Source: an uncultured Bdellovibrionales bacterium (GTDB lineage: Bacteria > Patescibacteriota > Minisyncoccia > Moranbacterales > UBA1568). From it: 64,000 nucleotides of DNA. The stretch is taken from the NCBI GenBank assembly GCA_964579335.1, contig CAZOFS010000001.1, forward strand, positions 11,196 to 75,195, written 5' to 3'. Both the position numbers and the translations under genes were made by a program. The notes beneath the pieces are model-generated. The model was not told the DNA's origin, made no database searches, and worked only from the letters and a program-made list of their open reading frames with translations. This document shows, in pieces, positions 56,562-64,000 of this stretch (the stretch's first letter is position 1; every line of letters begins with the position of its first letter).

Positions 56562-58860
56562 TATGATGTATCGATCTTTACTCAAGCGTTTCTTTGCGCC
56601 CCAATGTTTCTTGGGTCTGCTTGCTCTAGGTTTTCTCCTTGCAGCTTACCCCTCCACCGTACAAGGAGCGAGTTATGACTACTACGTCAAAGAGGGCGAG
56701 AATGGTGATGGAGGAGAAGATGATCCGTTTGGCTCAATCAAAGACGCCATCGAAGCGATTGATGATGATCGAGGAAAAAAGGTTTATGTAGCTTCCGGGA
56801 GCTATGGCGGAGAGGTGACCATACCCAAAGATACCACCATCGTCGGGAGCGATCCCAAACAAGTTACCATCACGGGTGATATGATTTTGGCGGATGGAGT
56901 TGAGCTCAAAAAGCTGGGTTTCAGTGGGGCTGGAGACGTGTTGGTGACCAAAAACGCTCGTGTCGTACTCGAAAATCTGCGGTTCAAGGATATCAGCCGG
57001 ACTGCTATCAAAACCGAGCCGGGGAACACGGTCTTGGTGTTGCGGGATTCGATGATTGAAAAGGCAGGTAAGGGCATGTACCTCCAGGCTGGGACGAGGG
57101 TCGAGATTGAAGGAGTAGAAGTGGTGGGCGGTCGCGAAGAGGGTATCGACATTCGCGAAAACGTGAGTGGCTATATCAAAAAGAGTAATTTCCGCAACAA
57201 TGCCGAATCAGGCATAGAGATTATTCTCGGGAGTGCTGAGATGGCCATTACCGACAATACGTTTTCGGGGAATGGGGCTAGTGGAGTAGCGGCCCAGTTT
57301 TTTGATGGAGCCAAGAAACTCGGTAATGTCCGCGTGGAAGGCAATACCTTTTCCAAAAATGATTGGGGAGTAGAGTGCAAGGCTCCTAAGGGACGGCTTG
57401 ACTCAAGTTTTTATTATCTCAATTCACTCAAAATTCTGAACAATGTGTATCAGAACAATAAGTCAGGTGAGATTGCTCCTGCCTGTAAAATTTTGACTGA
57501 TGAAGAGCGCTTGGCTTTTGAAAAAGAAGCAGCGGAGCAGGAAGCTCTCATCGCTGAGCGCAAAGCGACCCTCAATCTGAGTGAAGCCGTACTCGCTGAT
57601 CGCCTGAGTAAATCGATCGAATTTCGTACAACAAAAGTAGCACAGTATGCCACTGAAGAACGAACGAGGCTTGAGCCATTGTTTCAGACACTCAATCAAC
57701 TGACTGAGAATGGGAAACAAGAAGTAACTTCTCTCGCAGCCAAGCGCTCGGCTTGGACCTGCTATCTTTTGGGTGTCGAAGGGGATGTGGCCGAGCTCAA
57801 TCGAACCCTGGAAGCACTTGATAGGCTCCGTACTGAGCTGGGTCAAGCCAAAGGCACTCTCTATGAACCCAATCAGCTTACGCTTACCGCTCAGCTATCC
57901 GAGCTTGAGGCGCTGCAACAAAAAATCCGTGAGACGCTCGCCTCACCCATGTGCCGTTTCTCACTCCTTGGCTGGACCAGTCGCTTCTGGCCCCAACCTG
58001 ATATGGGGAAACTCTTTGGATTAGAACTCGAGACTTTGCAATGGCCAGAGGTCCAAGGTGAAGCCAAAGCTCTATTCCTCGGTCACTTGGGTTACTACCC
58101 ACGGGTGCGCGAAGTCGCGGTCCGCTCAGGAGATGAACGTCTTGTCGCGGGGCTCCTCGAAAGAGCCATGAGCTATGCGGCTATCATCGGCGATCTTCGC
58201 TACCCTCTCGGTGGGGCCGAGGATCCCTTGCCTCCTCCTCAGATGACGAGCGAGTATTCTTTCCCCGTGCGCTTTGGTAATATTTTCGCTGGCGCCAATA
58301 TCCGCGCGCTTCATGTGAGTGCTAGTCCAGCTCAAATACAAATTAATCCCGATGCCTTCAAAAAAACTGGGGCTAATTTGGCCTATGCCAATATTCAAAC
58401 CATCGGAGCGGTGTCGGGCGGGGTGAGGATTGCTGAGACACAGCTGGGTGAGAGAGTACTCCATTGGGTAGATTATCGTGAGGGCGAGAATCTCGACGTC
58501 CTCCGCCAGGCGATCACTCCTTTCACGTCAAACAATGAGCCGGTGGTGGTACTTCTCTCTTGGGATGAGAAACAAGGGAAGGTGATGACTCCCAAGCGAG
58601 AAGCGCTGGTGCGTGATTTGGTTCAAGCTGGAGTATCGCTCGTGATTGGTACTGGTGTTATGGCTCCATTTGAACAAAAGCTGGTTGACGGTGTCCCATT
58701 TTATTTCTCGCTTGGCTCAGCCTTTGAAAAGTTCCAAACGGGTGACGCGAGCAAAAAATCAGTGGCTCTCGAAATGCAAATTTCTCTTGAAGGCAAACTT
58801 GAAGTAGCCGAAAAGAATCTTAACTTCACCGCCGAAAAAGGTTTGGAAATCTTGCCATAA
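56554..58860 (+). CDS. Secreted multidomain protein: signal peptide, right-handed parallel beta-helix, coiled coil, and a CapA/PGA_cap-like C-terminal domain
   Basis: Signal peptide ...GLLALGFLLAAYPSTVQG/AS. PbH1-type repeats (VLENLRFKDISRTAIK, IEIILGSAEMAITDNTFSGNGASGVAAQF, VEGNTFSKNDWGVECKA). Heptad-rich region at 57480-57950. C-terminal AGVSLVIGTGVMAPFEQKLVDGVPFYFSLG resembles the CapA C-terminus. Start at ATG 56554; the ORF is open from 56356 but would overlap the upstream gene. Confidence 0.55.
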   Translation: MSDMMYRSLLKRFFAPQCFLGLLALGFLLAAYPSTVQGASYDYYVKEGENGDGGEDDPFGSIKDAIEAIDDDRGKKVYVASGSYGGEVTIPKDTTIVGSDPKQVTITGDMILADGVELKKLGFSGAGDVLVTKNARVVLENLRFKDISRTAIKTEPGNTVLVLRDSMIEKAGKGMYLQAGTRVEIEGVEVVGGREEGIDIRENVSGYIKKSNFRNNAESGIEIILGSAEMAITDNTFSGNGASGVAAQFFDGAKKLGNVRVEGNTFSKNDWGVECKAPKGRLDSSFYYLNSLKILNNVYQNNKSGEIAPACKILTDEERLAFEKEAAEQEALIAERKATLNLSEAVLADRLSKSIEFRTTKVAQYATEERTRLEPLFQTLNQLTENGKQEVTSLAAKRSAWTCYLLGVEGDVAELNRTLEALDRLRTELGQAKGTLYEPNQLTLTAQLSELEALQQKIRETLASPMCRFSLLGWTSRFWPQPDMGKLFGLELETLQWPEVQGEAKALFLGHLGYYPRVREVAVRSGDERLVAGLLERAMSYAAIIGDLRYPLGGAEDPLPPPQMTSEYSFPVRFGNIFAGANIRALHVSASPAQIQINPDAFKKTGANLAYANIQTIGAVSGGVRIAETQLGERVLHWVDYREGENLDVLRQAITPFTSNNEPVVVLLSWDEKQGKVMTPKREALVRDLVQAGVSLVIGTGVMAPFEQKLVDGVPFYFSLGSAFEKFQTGDASKKSVALEMQISLEGKLEVAEKNLNFTAEKGLEILP

Positions 58861-58866
58861 AAAAGA

Positions 58867-58900
58867 CGAGCCCCGAGTACCGTGAGACGGTTCGGGGTCG
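58867..58900 (-). terminator. Putative rho-independent terminator (minus strand) for the GC-rich orphan gene
   Basis: CCCCGA(14-nt loop)TCGGGG stem at 58871-58896. On the minus strand it is followed by TTTTTT (complement of 58859-58864). Confidence 0.4.
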
Positions 58901-58939
58901 TTACAGCTCCTTTAGAGCGGCTGTGGATGTACGGCGCGG

Positions 58940-59293
58940 TCAGGCGCCTGTCATATAGCGCTCGGCCCAGTCGGCATCTTGTTCAGCGGAGTCGTACCAG
59001 ACGATCTCGTCTTCCGATTTGACCCAGCGAACCCTGTTGGCACGCAACGGAAAGTGGTTCGAGTTCTCGAGTCTGGGTTGGTGGATCTTCCCCGCGTGGT
59101 AGAGCTCGAGAGCGATCCGCACGCCTTCTCCCGGAGCCTTTCTCCAGTAGGCCTTGGCGTAATCCGCCAACACCCCTTGGAACACTTCCAGGTTGCCCGC
59201 GCACGTGCCGGAGACGATGTATTCGATGTCGCTTTGAACGACCTCGCCGTCCAGCACGTCTGCGATGCAAAGGGACAGGGAGAGACCGATCAT
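58940..59293 (-). CDS. Hypothetical protein encoded in a GC-rich island (orphan; function unknown)
   Basis: Longest ORF in the island. Start placed at MIGLSLSL (59293), which has an AAAGG Shine-Dalgarno 9 nt upstream; the ORF is open to 59344. GC content is markedly higher than the flanks. Confidence 0.35.
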   Translation of the reverse strand: MIGLSLSLCIADVLDGEVVQSDIEYIVSGTCAGNLEVFQGVLADYAKAYWRKAPGEGVRIALELYHAGKIHQPRLENSNHFPLRANRVRWVKSEDEIVWYDSAEQDADWAERYMTGA

Positions 59294-59365
59294 CTTAGTA
59301 CCTTTCGGTGGTTTGCCGCGAATTGCGACATTATATAATAGCATACTTTTAATATCTTGTCTATA

Positions 59366-59396
59366 CTAAAAAGAGGCTTGGGTAAGCCACTTTTTG
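59366..59396. terminator. Weak bidirectional terminator-like hairpin
   Basis: CTAAAAAGAGGCTTgggtAAGCCACTTTTTG: a 5-bp stem flanked by A- and T-runs, downstream of the flippase gene that ends at 59418. Confidence 0.35.
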
Positions 59397-59417
59397 AGAG
59401 AATATTGCTCTTTTTGA

Positions 59418-60902
59418 CTAAGTTGAGCGTTTGAAGAGCTGGAGGGCGGGGGCGATATCGTCCTTGGTCATGGCGCGGGTGAGGTAGAGAAAGCCGAGGT
59501 AGAGGAACCCAAGGAGGAGGGAGGAGAGGATAAACCAGTGGCCGGCGGGGAGGAAGTGACTTAGTAGGACAATGAGAATGGCACCGAGCGCGGCGAAGAG
59601 AGCTGTGCGCCAGGGGAAGTCAAGCTCAAAGTGGGTGAAGACTTTACCAAGGATACCAAGCATGAGGAGGATGGAGACGGTGGTAACGGCCATAGCCGCC
59701 CCAATGAGTCCGTAGAGTGGGATGAGGACTAGATTAAGTATGAGGCCGAGTACTACTCCACCGATAGCGAGCACGAGCGGGAAACGCAGCAGCCCCGCGC
59801 CATTCAGGGCAAAGGTAAAGACATAGAAAACGGTGAGCGCCCCGACGCCGACTGCGAGGATCGTCATAGGAAGGGCTGCCTGGAAGAAGGCCTGACCGTA
59901 GAAGAGATGAAGCGTCTCAGGCGCATAGAGCGCGAGGAGTGTCACGAGTGGCACGAGGAGAAAGAGCATAAGGCGAAGCGACTGCTGGAGAAGTTTCTTG
60001 GTAGCGGCGGTGTCGCGGTGGGCTTCGGTTTTGGCGATCGTGGGGAGGAGTGCGAGGGCGAGCGCGTAGAAGAGATAGTACGGGATGCGGCCGACGGTTA
60101 CTGCAGCGTTGTAAAGCCCAGTAAGGTGATCGTCAGCCAAGAGGATTTTGACCAGAAAGAGATCGATAGTAAGGATAAGTTCGTAGAAGAGGAGGAAGAG
60201 GGTGAGCGGGAGTGCATGTGAGATGATGTCACGCCAAGGGAAGTGGGGTGTGGTGGCTTTGGCATGGACGGCTTCGGGGTAAAAACGCCGCATGAGCCAG
60301 GGTTCGAGGGCAAGGCCGACGAGGAAGACTGTGAGGGGGGCGAGGATATTGCCGGTTACGGCGCCGGTCACCCCGCTCGTGAGCGCTAAACCAGCGATAA
60401 AAATGACACGGGCGAACGAACGCAAGATTTTGAGAAAAGCCTGGACGCGGAAGAAATGAAGACCAATAAAGAAGTAGAGATTGAACGAAGCAGCAGCGAA
60501 GGTGGGAATGATGAGACTGGAAAGTTTAAGCAGGGGTGTGAGGCTTTCATCACGTAGGAGCGCTGCGATGAGCGGTGCGGCGAAGTAAAAGAGGAGGGTG
60601 AGACCACCGATGAGGACGACCTGGAGGTGCATGGCGCTTTGTCGGATCCCATAAATTTTTCCTGGCTCTTTTTCGGATATGCCCGAGAGGTATTTGGACA
60701 TGGCGGTCGGGATACCATTTCCCACCAGGACGATGAGCATGGTGGTGAGAGTGATGACGATTCCATAACGGCCATACTCGGCTGGTCCGAGAAAGCGGCC
60801 CGTCAAAGCGTGCACGACGTACCCCGAGAGATTGTAGACAATCTCAGCGATCGAAAGCCAGACGACAGCTTTGGCAAAAGAGTGTTTCATAACATTATCC
60901 AA
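59418..60902 (-). CDS. Polysaccharide biosynthesis protein / oligosaccharide flippase (MOP superfamily, Wzx/MurJ-like)
   Basis: 494 aa with 12-14 TM helices. Size and topology are typical of Polysacc_synt-family flippases. Confidence 0.6.
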   Translation of the reverse strand: MDNVMKHSFAKAVVWLSIAEIVYNLSGYVVHALTGRFLGPAEYGRYGIVITLTTMLIVLVGNGIPTAMSKYLSGISEKEPGKIYGIRQSAMHLQVVLIGGLTLLFYFAAPLIAALLRDESLTPLLKLSSLIIPTFAAASFNLYFFIGLHFFRVQAFLKILRSFARVIFIAGLALTSGVTGAVTGNILAPLTVFLVGLALEPWLMRRFYPEAVHAKATTPHFPWRDIISHALPLTLFLLFYELILTIDLFLVKILLADDHLTGLYNAAVTVGRIPYYLFYALALALLPTIAKTEAHRDTAATKKLLQQSLRLMLFLLVPLVTLLALYAPETLHLFYGQAFFQAALPMTILAVGVGALTVFYVFTFALNGAGLLRFPLVLAIGGVVLGLILNLVLIPLYGLIGAAMAVTTVSILLMLGILGKVFTHFELDFPWRTALFAALGAILIVLLSHFLPAGHWFILSSLLLGFLYLGFLYLTRAMTKDDIAPALQLFKRST

Positions 60903-61488
60903 CCTGTATCTGATTGGTTATCTCATCCATAGATTGATCGGCATCGAGGGTAATGAAGTGCCAGCTCTCTCTAGCTTGGTCAAAGAGACGAGTTTTGTCT
61001 TTGAGGTACTGGAGGCCTTGCTCAGGCGCACGTTCCCGCTCCATGACTTTCTCAGGCGTGACTCGGAGGTAAAAGGCTTGGGTAGGCTTAGGGGTATGTT
61101 TGGCGATGAAGCGCATAAAGGGAGTATCGAGACCCGTCGTATCGAGGTAAGCGATATTGACGAGCGTGTCATAGAAATAGCGATCAGAGAGGAGGTATTC
61201 GGTCCCCAGCTTTTCCAGTCGTTTTACGAAACGCCGGAAACGCCAGAGGTCGATGAAGAGCACTATTTTGCGTAGCCCAATTCCGATGAGGCTACTCTTG
61301 ACCCCTGCCTTGGCTGTGCCCACCGCTCTCGATCCAAAGAGTTTGGTACGCAGTGTCTCGGGTAGGCTAAAGGCTACCGCATGAAAGTAGGCTACTTGCT
61401 TCCCTTGAGACATGAGTTTGGTGCGCAGCCTTTCGAGCTGGGTGCTCTTGCCGCTCCCGTCAACACCAGAGAAAGTGATGATTCTCAT
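60895..61488 (-). CDS. P-loop nucleoside-monophosphate kinase, thymidylate-kinase-like
   Basis: ITFSGVDGSGKSTQ (Walker A, as in Tmk FITFEG.DGAGKST), and LLSDRYFYDTLVNIAY (the DR-Y...AYQ region). Confidence 0.5.
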   Translation of the reverse strand: MRIITFSGVDGSGKSTQLERLRTKLMSQGKQVAYFHAVAFSLPETLRTKLFGSRAVGTAKAGVKSSLIGIGLRKIVLFIDLWRFRRFVKRLEKLGTEYLLSDRYFYDTLVNIAYLDTTGLDTPFMRFIAKHTPKPTQAFYLRVTPEKVMERERAPEQGLQYLKDKTRLFDQARESWHFITLDADQSMDEITNQIQVG

Positions 61489-61579
61489 AAAGCTTATAAC
61501 TTAAAACATAAAGCTTGACGCAAACCAACTGCTAGACAATTTGGATGTTCCAAGTTATATGGTACAAGCTTTAAGGAAG

Positions 61580-63085
61580 CTAGTACATTATCACCGAAAT
61601 AGGCTGGAGCTTGACGACGGGTTTGACGACATCATTTGCGACGACGCTTTCGATGACATCCTCGGCCCGTTTGTAGTGAGACGAATCCTGTTCAATGACT
61701 TTGGATGAACGACCATTGTAGAGTTTTACACCCTTTGTTTTGAGTTTCTCGTGAAGCTCCTCTTTGCTTTCTGGAACAAGATCCTCAGTTTTTTTGGCCG
61801 ATTTCCCGGCGCCATGATTGCACGAAAAGAAGCTCGTGACATTGCCGTCTTGGCCAACGCAGAGGTAGGCCTCGGTCGACATAGAGGTCGGGATAAAGGC
61901 TGGCTCACCCGTTTCTTTGAAAAGAGGGTGATCGGCCATGCGCTCACGGCCGTAGGCTCGGCTGGTACCATTCCTGTGCACCCACATACGTTTCCCGTAA
62001 TGCTCCTCCTCCGAGACAAGGATATGGGGCATATCATAGAGGAGATCGGCTTCAACTGTGCGACCCAGGATCTTCTCAGCGGTGGTGACGAAGTTGTGAG
62101 TGATAGTGGCGCGATTGGCATGGGCGAAATTGGAGCAAGCTTTGCGCACCTCCATATAGAGGTGACCATCTTTGCCATTGCCATCAAAGGTAATAAGAGG
62201 CTCTTTTTTACCAAAGTCTGAGGTGCGAATCTTTTCTGCGATAGTTTGAATTGTTCGCTTGAAAGGGGTAAGCCACAAGAAGCGTCCGAGATTCATGAGG
62301 ATAGCGGTCGAGAGGTGCTCGCGCTTTTTGGCGGTGTACATGTACATATTGTACTGACCGAGGATCCCCGAGCCGCAGTGGACCATGAGGAGATACTGAC
62401 CCTTCCGAAGGTTAAACTTGGTGGCCACCTCAGGATCGACGATATCGGTTACCTTCATGAGATCAAGGAAGTGATTACCAGCGGCGCCGATAATCCCAGA
62501 GCGGAATTGAGCAAAGAAGAGAAAGAGCGGTGGAATGATATTCAGGATGTGTCGGCGTGAAGGCGGAGTTTCAAAAAAGTTGCCACGATCGATACTATTT
62601 TGGGCTTCGTTCTTGGTCTTGATCCCGAGATAGTCGATCAATGGTTGGATGCCAAGACGACAGATATCGACAATGACGCGGAAGGGAAGGACGGTGCCAA
62701 CGTACTTTTTGGTTGGTACGGTTTTGGTAGCGGCCTGGAATACCCGATCAATTTCCTCAGGGGTGATATTGCTCTCATCGAGATTGAGCCGGACGAGGCG
62801 CATCCCACAAGCCGGATCGGAGTCGTTCACCTGAGGAAGGATGTATTTTTCGGAAACGACTGTGGTGCCGGTGGCATTTTTGCGACCAGGTTTACTGTGC
62901 ACATCGGCCATGGCAGCGATATGTTGTGAGACAGAGTCGTTCCCAGCGACGCTTTCGAGCTGAGCGAGGGTCGATTCATTGGGCATGAGTTTTTCGCCAA
63001 TGTGAAAAATGACAGGGACTTTCATTTTCTCCGTCTTCATCTCACTCTTATGTTCTGAAATTTTTTTAAACGCTCCTTCGTACAT
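61580..63085 (-). CDS. rtcB: RtcB-family RNA 3'-phosphate/5'-hydroxyl ligase
   Basis: MADVHSKPG (as RtcB ALPDVH), DSDPACGMRLV (as DIGCGMR), VHCGSGILG (as HSGSRGLG), and CNHGAGKS (as NHGAGR). Confidence 0.75.
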   Translation of the reverse strand: MYEGAFKKISEHKSEMKTEKMKVPVIFHIGEKLMPNESTLAQLESVAGNDSVSQHIAAMADVHSKPGRKNATGTTVVSEKYILPQVNDSDPACGMRLVRLNLDESNITPEEIDRVFQAATKTVPTKKYVGTVLPFRVIVDICRLGIQPLIDYLGIKTKNEAQNSIDRGNFFETPPSRRHILNIIPPLFLFFAQFRSGIIGAAGNHFLDLMKVTDIVDPEVATKFNLRKGQYLLMVHCGSGILGQYNMYMYTAKKREHLSTAILMNLGRFLWLTPFKRTIQTIAEKIRTSDFGKKEPLITFDGNGKDGHLYMEVRKACSNFAHANRATITHNFVTTAEKILGRTVEADLLYDMPHILVSEEEHYGKRMWVHRNGTSRAYGRERMADHPLFKETGEPAFIPTSMSTEAYLCVGQDGNVTSFFSCNHGAGKSAKKTEDLVPESKEELHEKLKTKGVKLYNGRSSKVIEQDSSHYKRAEDVIESVVANDVVKPVVKLQPISVIMY

Positions 63086-63097
63086 GGCAGTGTGAGG

Positions 63098-63583
63098 TTA
63101 TTGTGTATCGCCGAAAGCTTCGAGGGTACGATTTGGACGAATCAGAAAACGTAGTGAGTAACCAGCCCCATTTTCTTCTTTATGAAGAAACTTGGCGAGT
63201 TCTGATTGGAATTTCTCCAAAGGAGCCCAAGAACATTCTTGATCTCTCTTTTCTGGACGGAGCTTTGAACCGTAGGGGGATTCTATCCCGGCACTACTGT
63301 GGAGATTTATTCGGTATACGCCAGCTGGCCACCATGATACATCGAGGGTGTAGAAACCATCACGGGAAACCAGCGGTTTCATCCCGTTCTCTTCCTTGTT
63401 ACCTACCCACATACCACAGGGAACATGAGGATAGTATTTTTCCATGAGGTCGCGGGTTTCTTTTACGCGAGTATCATCATTGTCGAGTGGGCTATAGGCC
63501 GAACCAACCCAAACCCAGGCCTCATCGGACCCGAGTAAGGATGCTGAAAGTTGGATTTGGTTAGGTGAAATTTGAATCAACAT
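63098..63583 (-). CDS. Hypothetical protein
   Basis: 161-aa ORF immediately downstream of rtcB on the same strand. No recognisable motif; it is not archease-like. Confidence 0.35.
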   Translation of the reverse strand: MLIQISPNQIQLSASLLGSDEAWVWVGSAYSPLDNDDTRVKETRDLMEKYYPHVPCGMWVGNKEENGMKPLVSRDGFYTLDVSWWPAGVYRINLHSSAGIESPYGSKLRPEKRDQECSWAPLEKFQSELAKFLHKEENGAGYSLRFLIRPNRTLEAFGDTQ

Positions 63584-63597
63584 AACAACGCAAAATC

Positions 63598-64000
63598 TTA
63601 CAGTGATGCGTAGAGTTCCTCGTACTGCTGGGCAGTGTTTTTGAGGTCAAAGTGTTCTTGGACGAAACGCCGAGCATTGGCTCCGAGGCGCTCACACTCA
63701 GCCTTATTTTGGCTTAGATTAGCCACGGATTCGATGAGTTTGGTCCCTGAATCCTTGGGGATAGTAACACAAATATCGTGATTTGTAAATTCAGCAAACT
63801 GGGGGAGGTCGGAGAGGATGACTGGTTTACCACAGGCATAGGCCTCGATAATGATAAGGGGAACATCGAATTTGCCACGGAGATTCTCGACTGGAAAGAG
63901 GACGACATCGGCTGTATTGTAGAGAGCGGCCATGTTGGTTGTGGCATGTTCGGCCTGGAAGAGGATGTGACGTTCGAGATCAAGTTGTTTTACTTTTGCT
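63598..64000 (-). CDS. Glycosyltransferase family 4, C-terminal part (gene continues beyond the window end)
   Basis: LIIIEAYACGKPVILSDLPQFAEF is the GT4 donor-binding region, which normally lies about 80 aa from the C-terminus. Confidence 0.55.
   Translation of the reverse strand, partial: AKVKQLDLERHILFQAEHATTNMAALYNTADVVLFPVENLRGKFDVPLIIIEAYACGKPVILSDLPQFAEFTNHDICVTIPKDSGTKLIESVANLSQNKAECERLGANARRFVQEHFDLKNTAQQYEELYASL

Noticed and set aside
58979-59338. Plus-strand 119-aa ORF, and an Arg-rich minus-strand ORF 58983-59270, in the GC-rich island
   Set aside because: High GC leaves all frames open. The minus-strand 58940-59293 frame has an in-context Shine-Dalgarno and a downstream minus-strand terminator. 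The Arg-rich frame is a classic GC artefact. The plus-strand ORF cannot be excluded without homology data.
1-64000. Search for CRISPR arrays, transposases, integrases or phage structural genes
   Set aside because: No regularly spaced direct repeats with unique spacers were found. No ORF carries DDE, tyrosine-recombinase or serine-recombinase motifs. The only phage-associated family is a small holin-like membrane protein, without other phage genes.

Overview
This window reads as one large, contiguous cell-envelope glycan biosynthesis locus of about 60 kb. It sits in a moderate-GC genome (roughly 45-50% GC by eye) between housekeeping genes: a pheT 3' end and RNase P RNA at the left, and a Tmk-like kinase and RtcB at the right. 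I recognise more than 60 protein-coding genes and one structural RNA, rnpB. The locus holds about 20 glycosyltransferases (GT2, GT4, and at least seven large GT-C-like integral membrane proteins) and nine SAM-methyltransferase domains, several of which are recent paralogs. There are two Wzx/MOP-type flippases, and three separate small-membrane accessory/polyprenyl-phosphate GT2 modules (GtrA, DUF2304, LPG-synthase-TM). Nucleotide-sugar enzymes include Ugd, a CapD-like 4,6-dehydratase, two SDR epimerases and an AsnB-like amidotransferase, plus a WbaP-like initiating phosphoglycosyltransferase. Two sub-systems look most novel.

First, a tight + strand operon at 9778-16545 encodes an AroE-like dehydrogenase, a LicC-like nucleotidyltransferase fused to an APH/choline-kinase-type kinase, a GatZ/KbaZ-family TIM barrel, a PMI-type cupin, a KdsC-family HAD phosphatase, a TylCIII-like C-methyltransferase and a GT-B protein. 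This is consistent with an undescribed route to an unusual, possibly branched or methylated, activated sugar.

Second, a GtrA / UbiA / PHP-phosphatase triad at 29214-31156 resembles the mycobacterial module that makes decaprenyl-phospho-ribose (Rv3789 / Rv3806c / Rv3807c). It is embedded among GT-C paralogs, which suggests a lipid-linked pentofuranose donor system outside its usual context.

Other points: a GC-rich orphan-gene island (58.9-59.3 kb), a secreted beta-helix/coiled-coil/CapA-like fusion protein, a degenerate heptamer repeat upstream of ugd, and a recurring GTATACTATA promoter-like motif. I found no CRISPR arrays, tRNAs, transposases or integrases. All calls come from reading the sequence and translations, with no database searches. 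Lineage is not determinable here; the abundance of GT-C proteins with few core metabolic genes would fit a small-genome (CPR-like) bacterium, but that is speculation.
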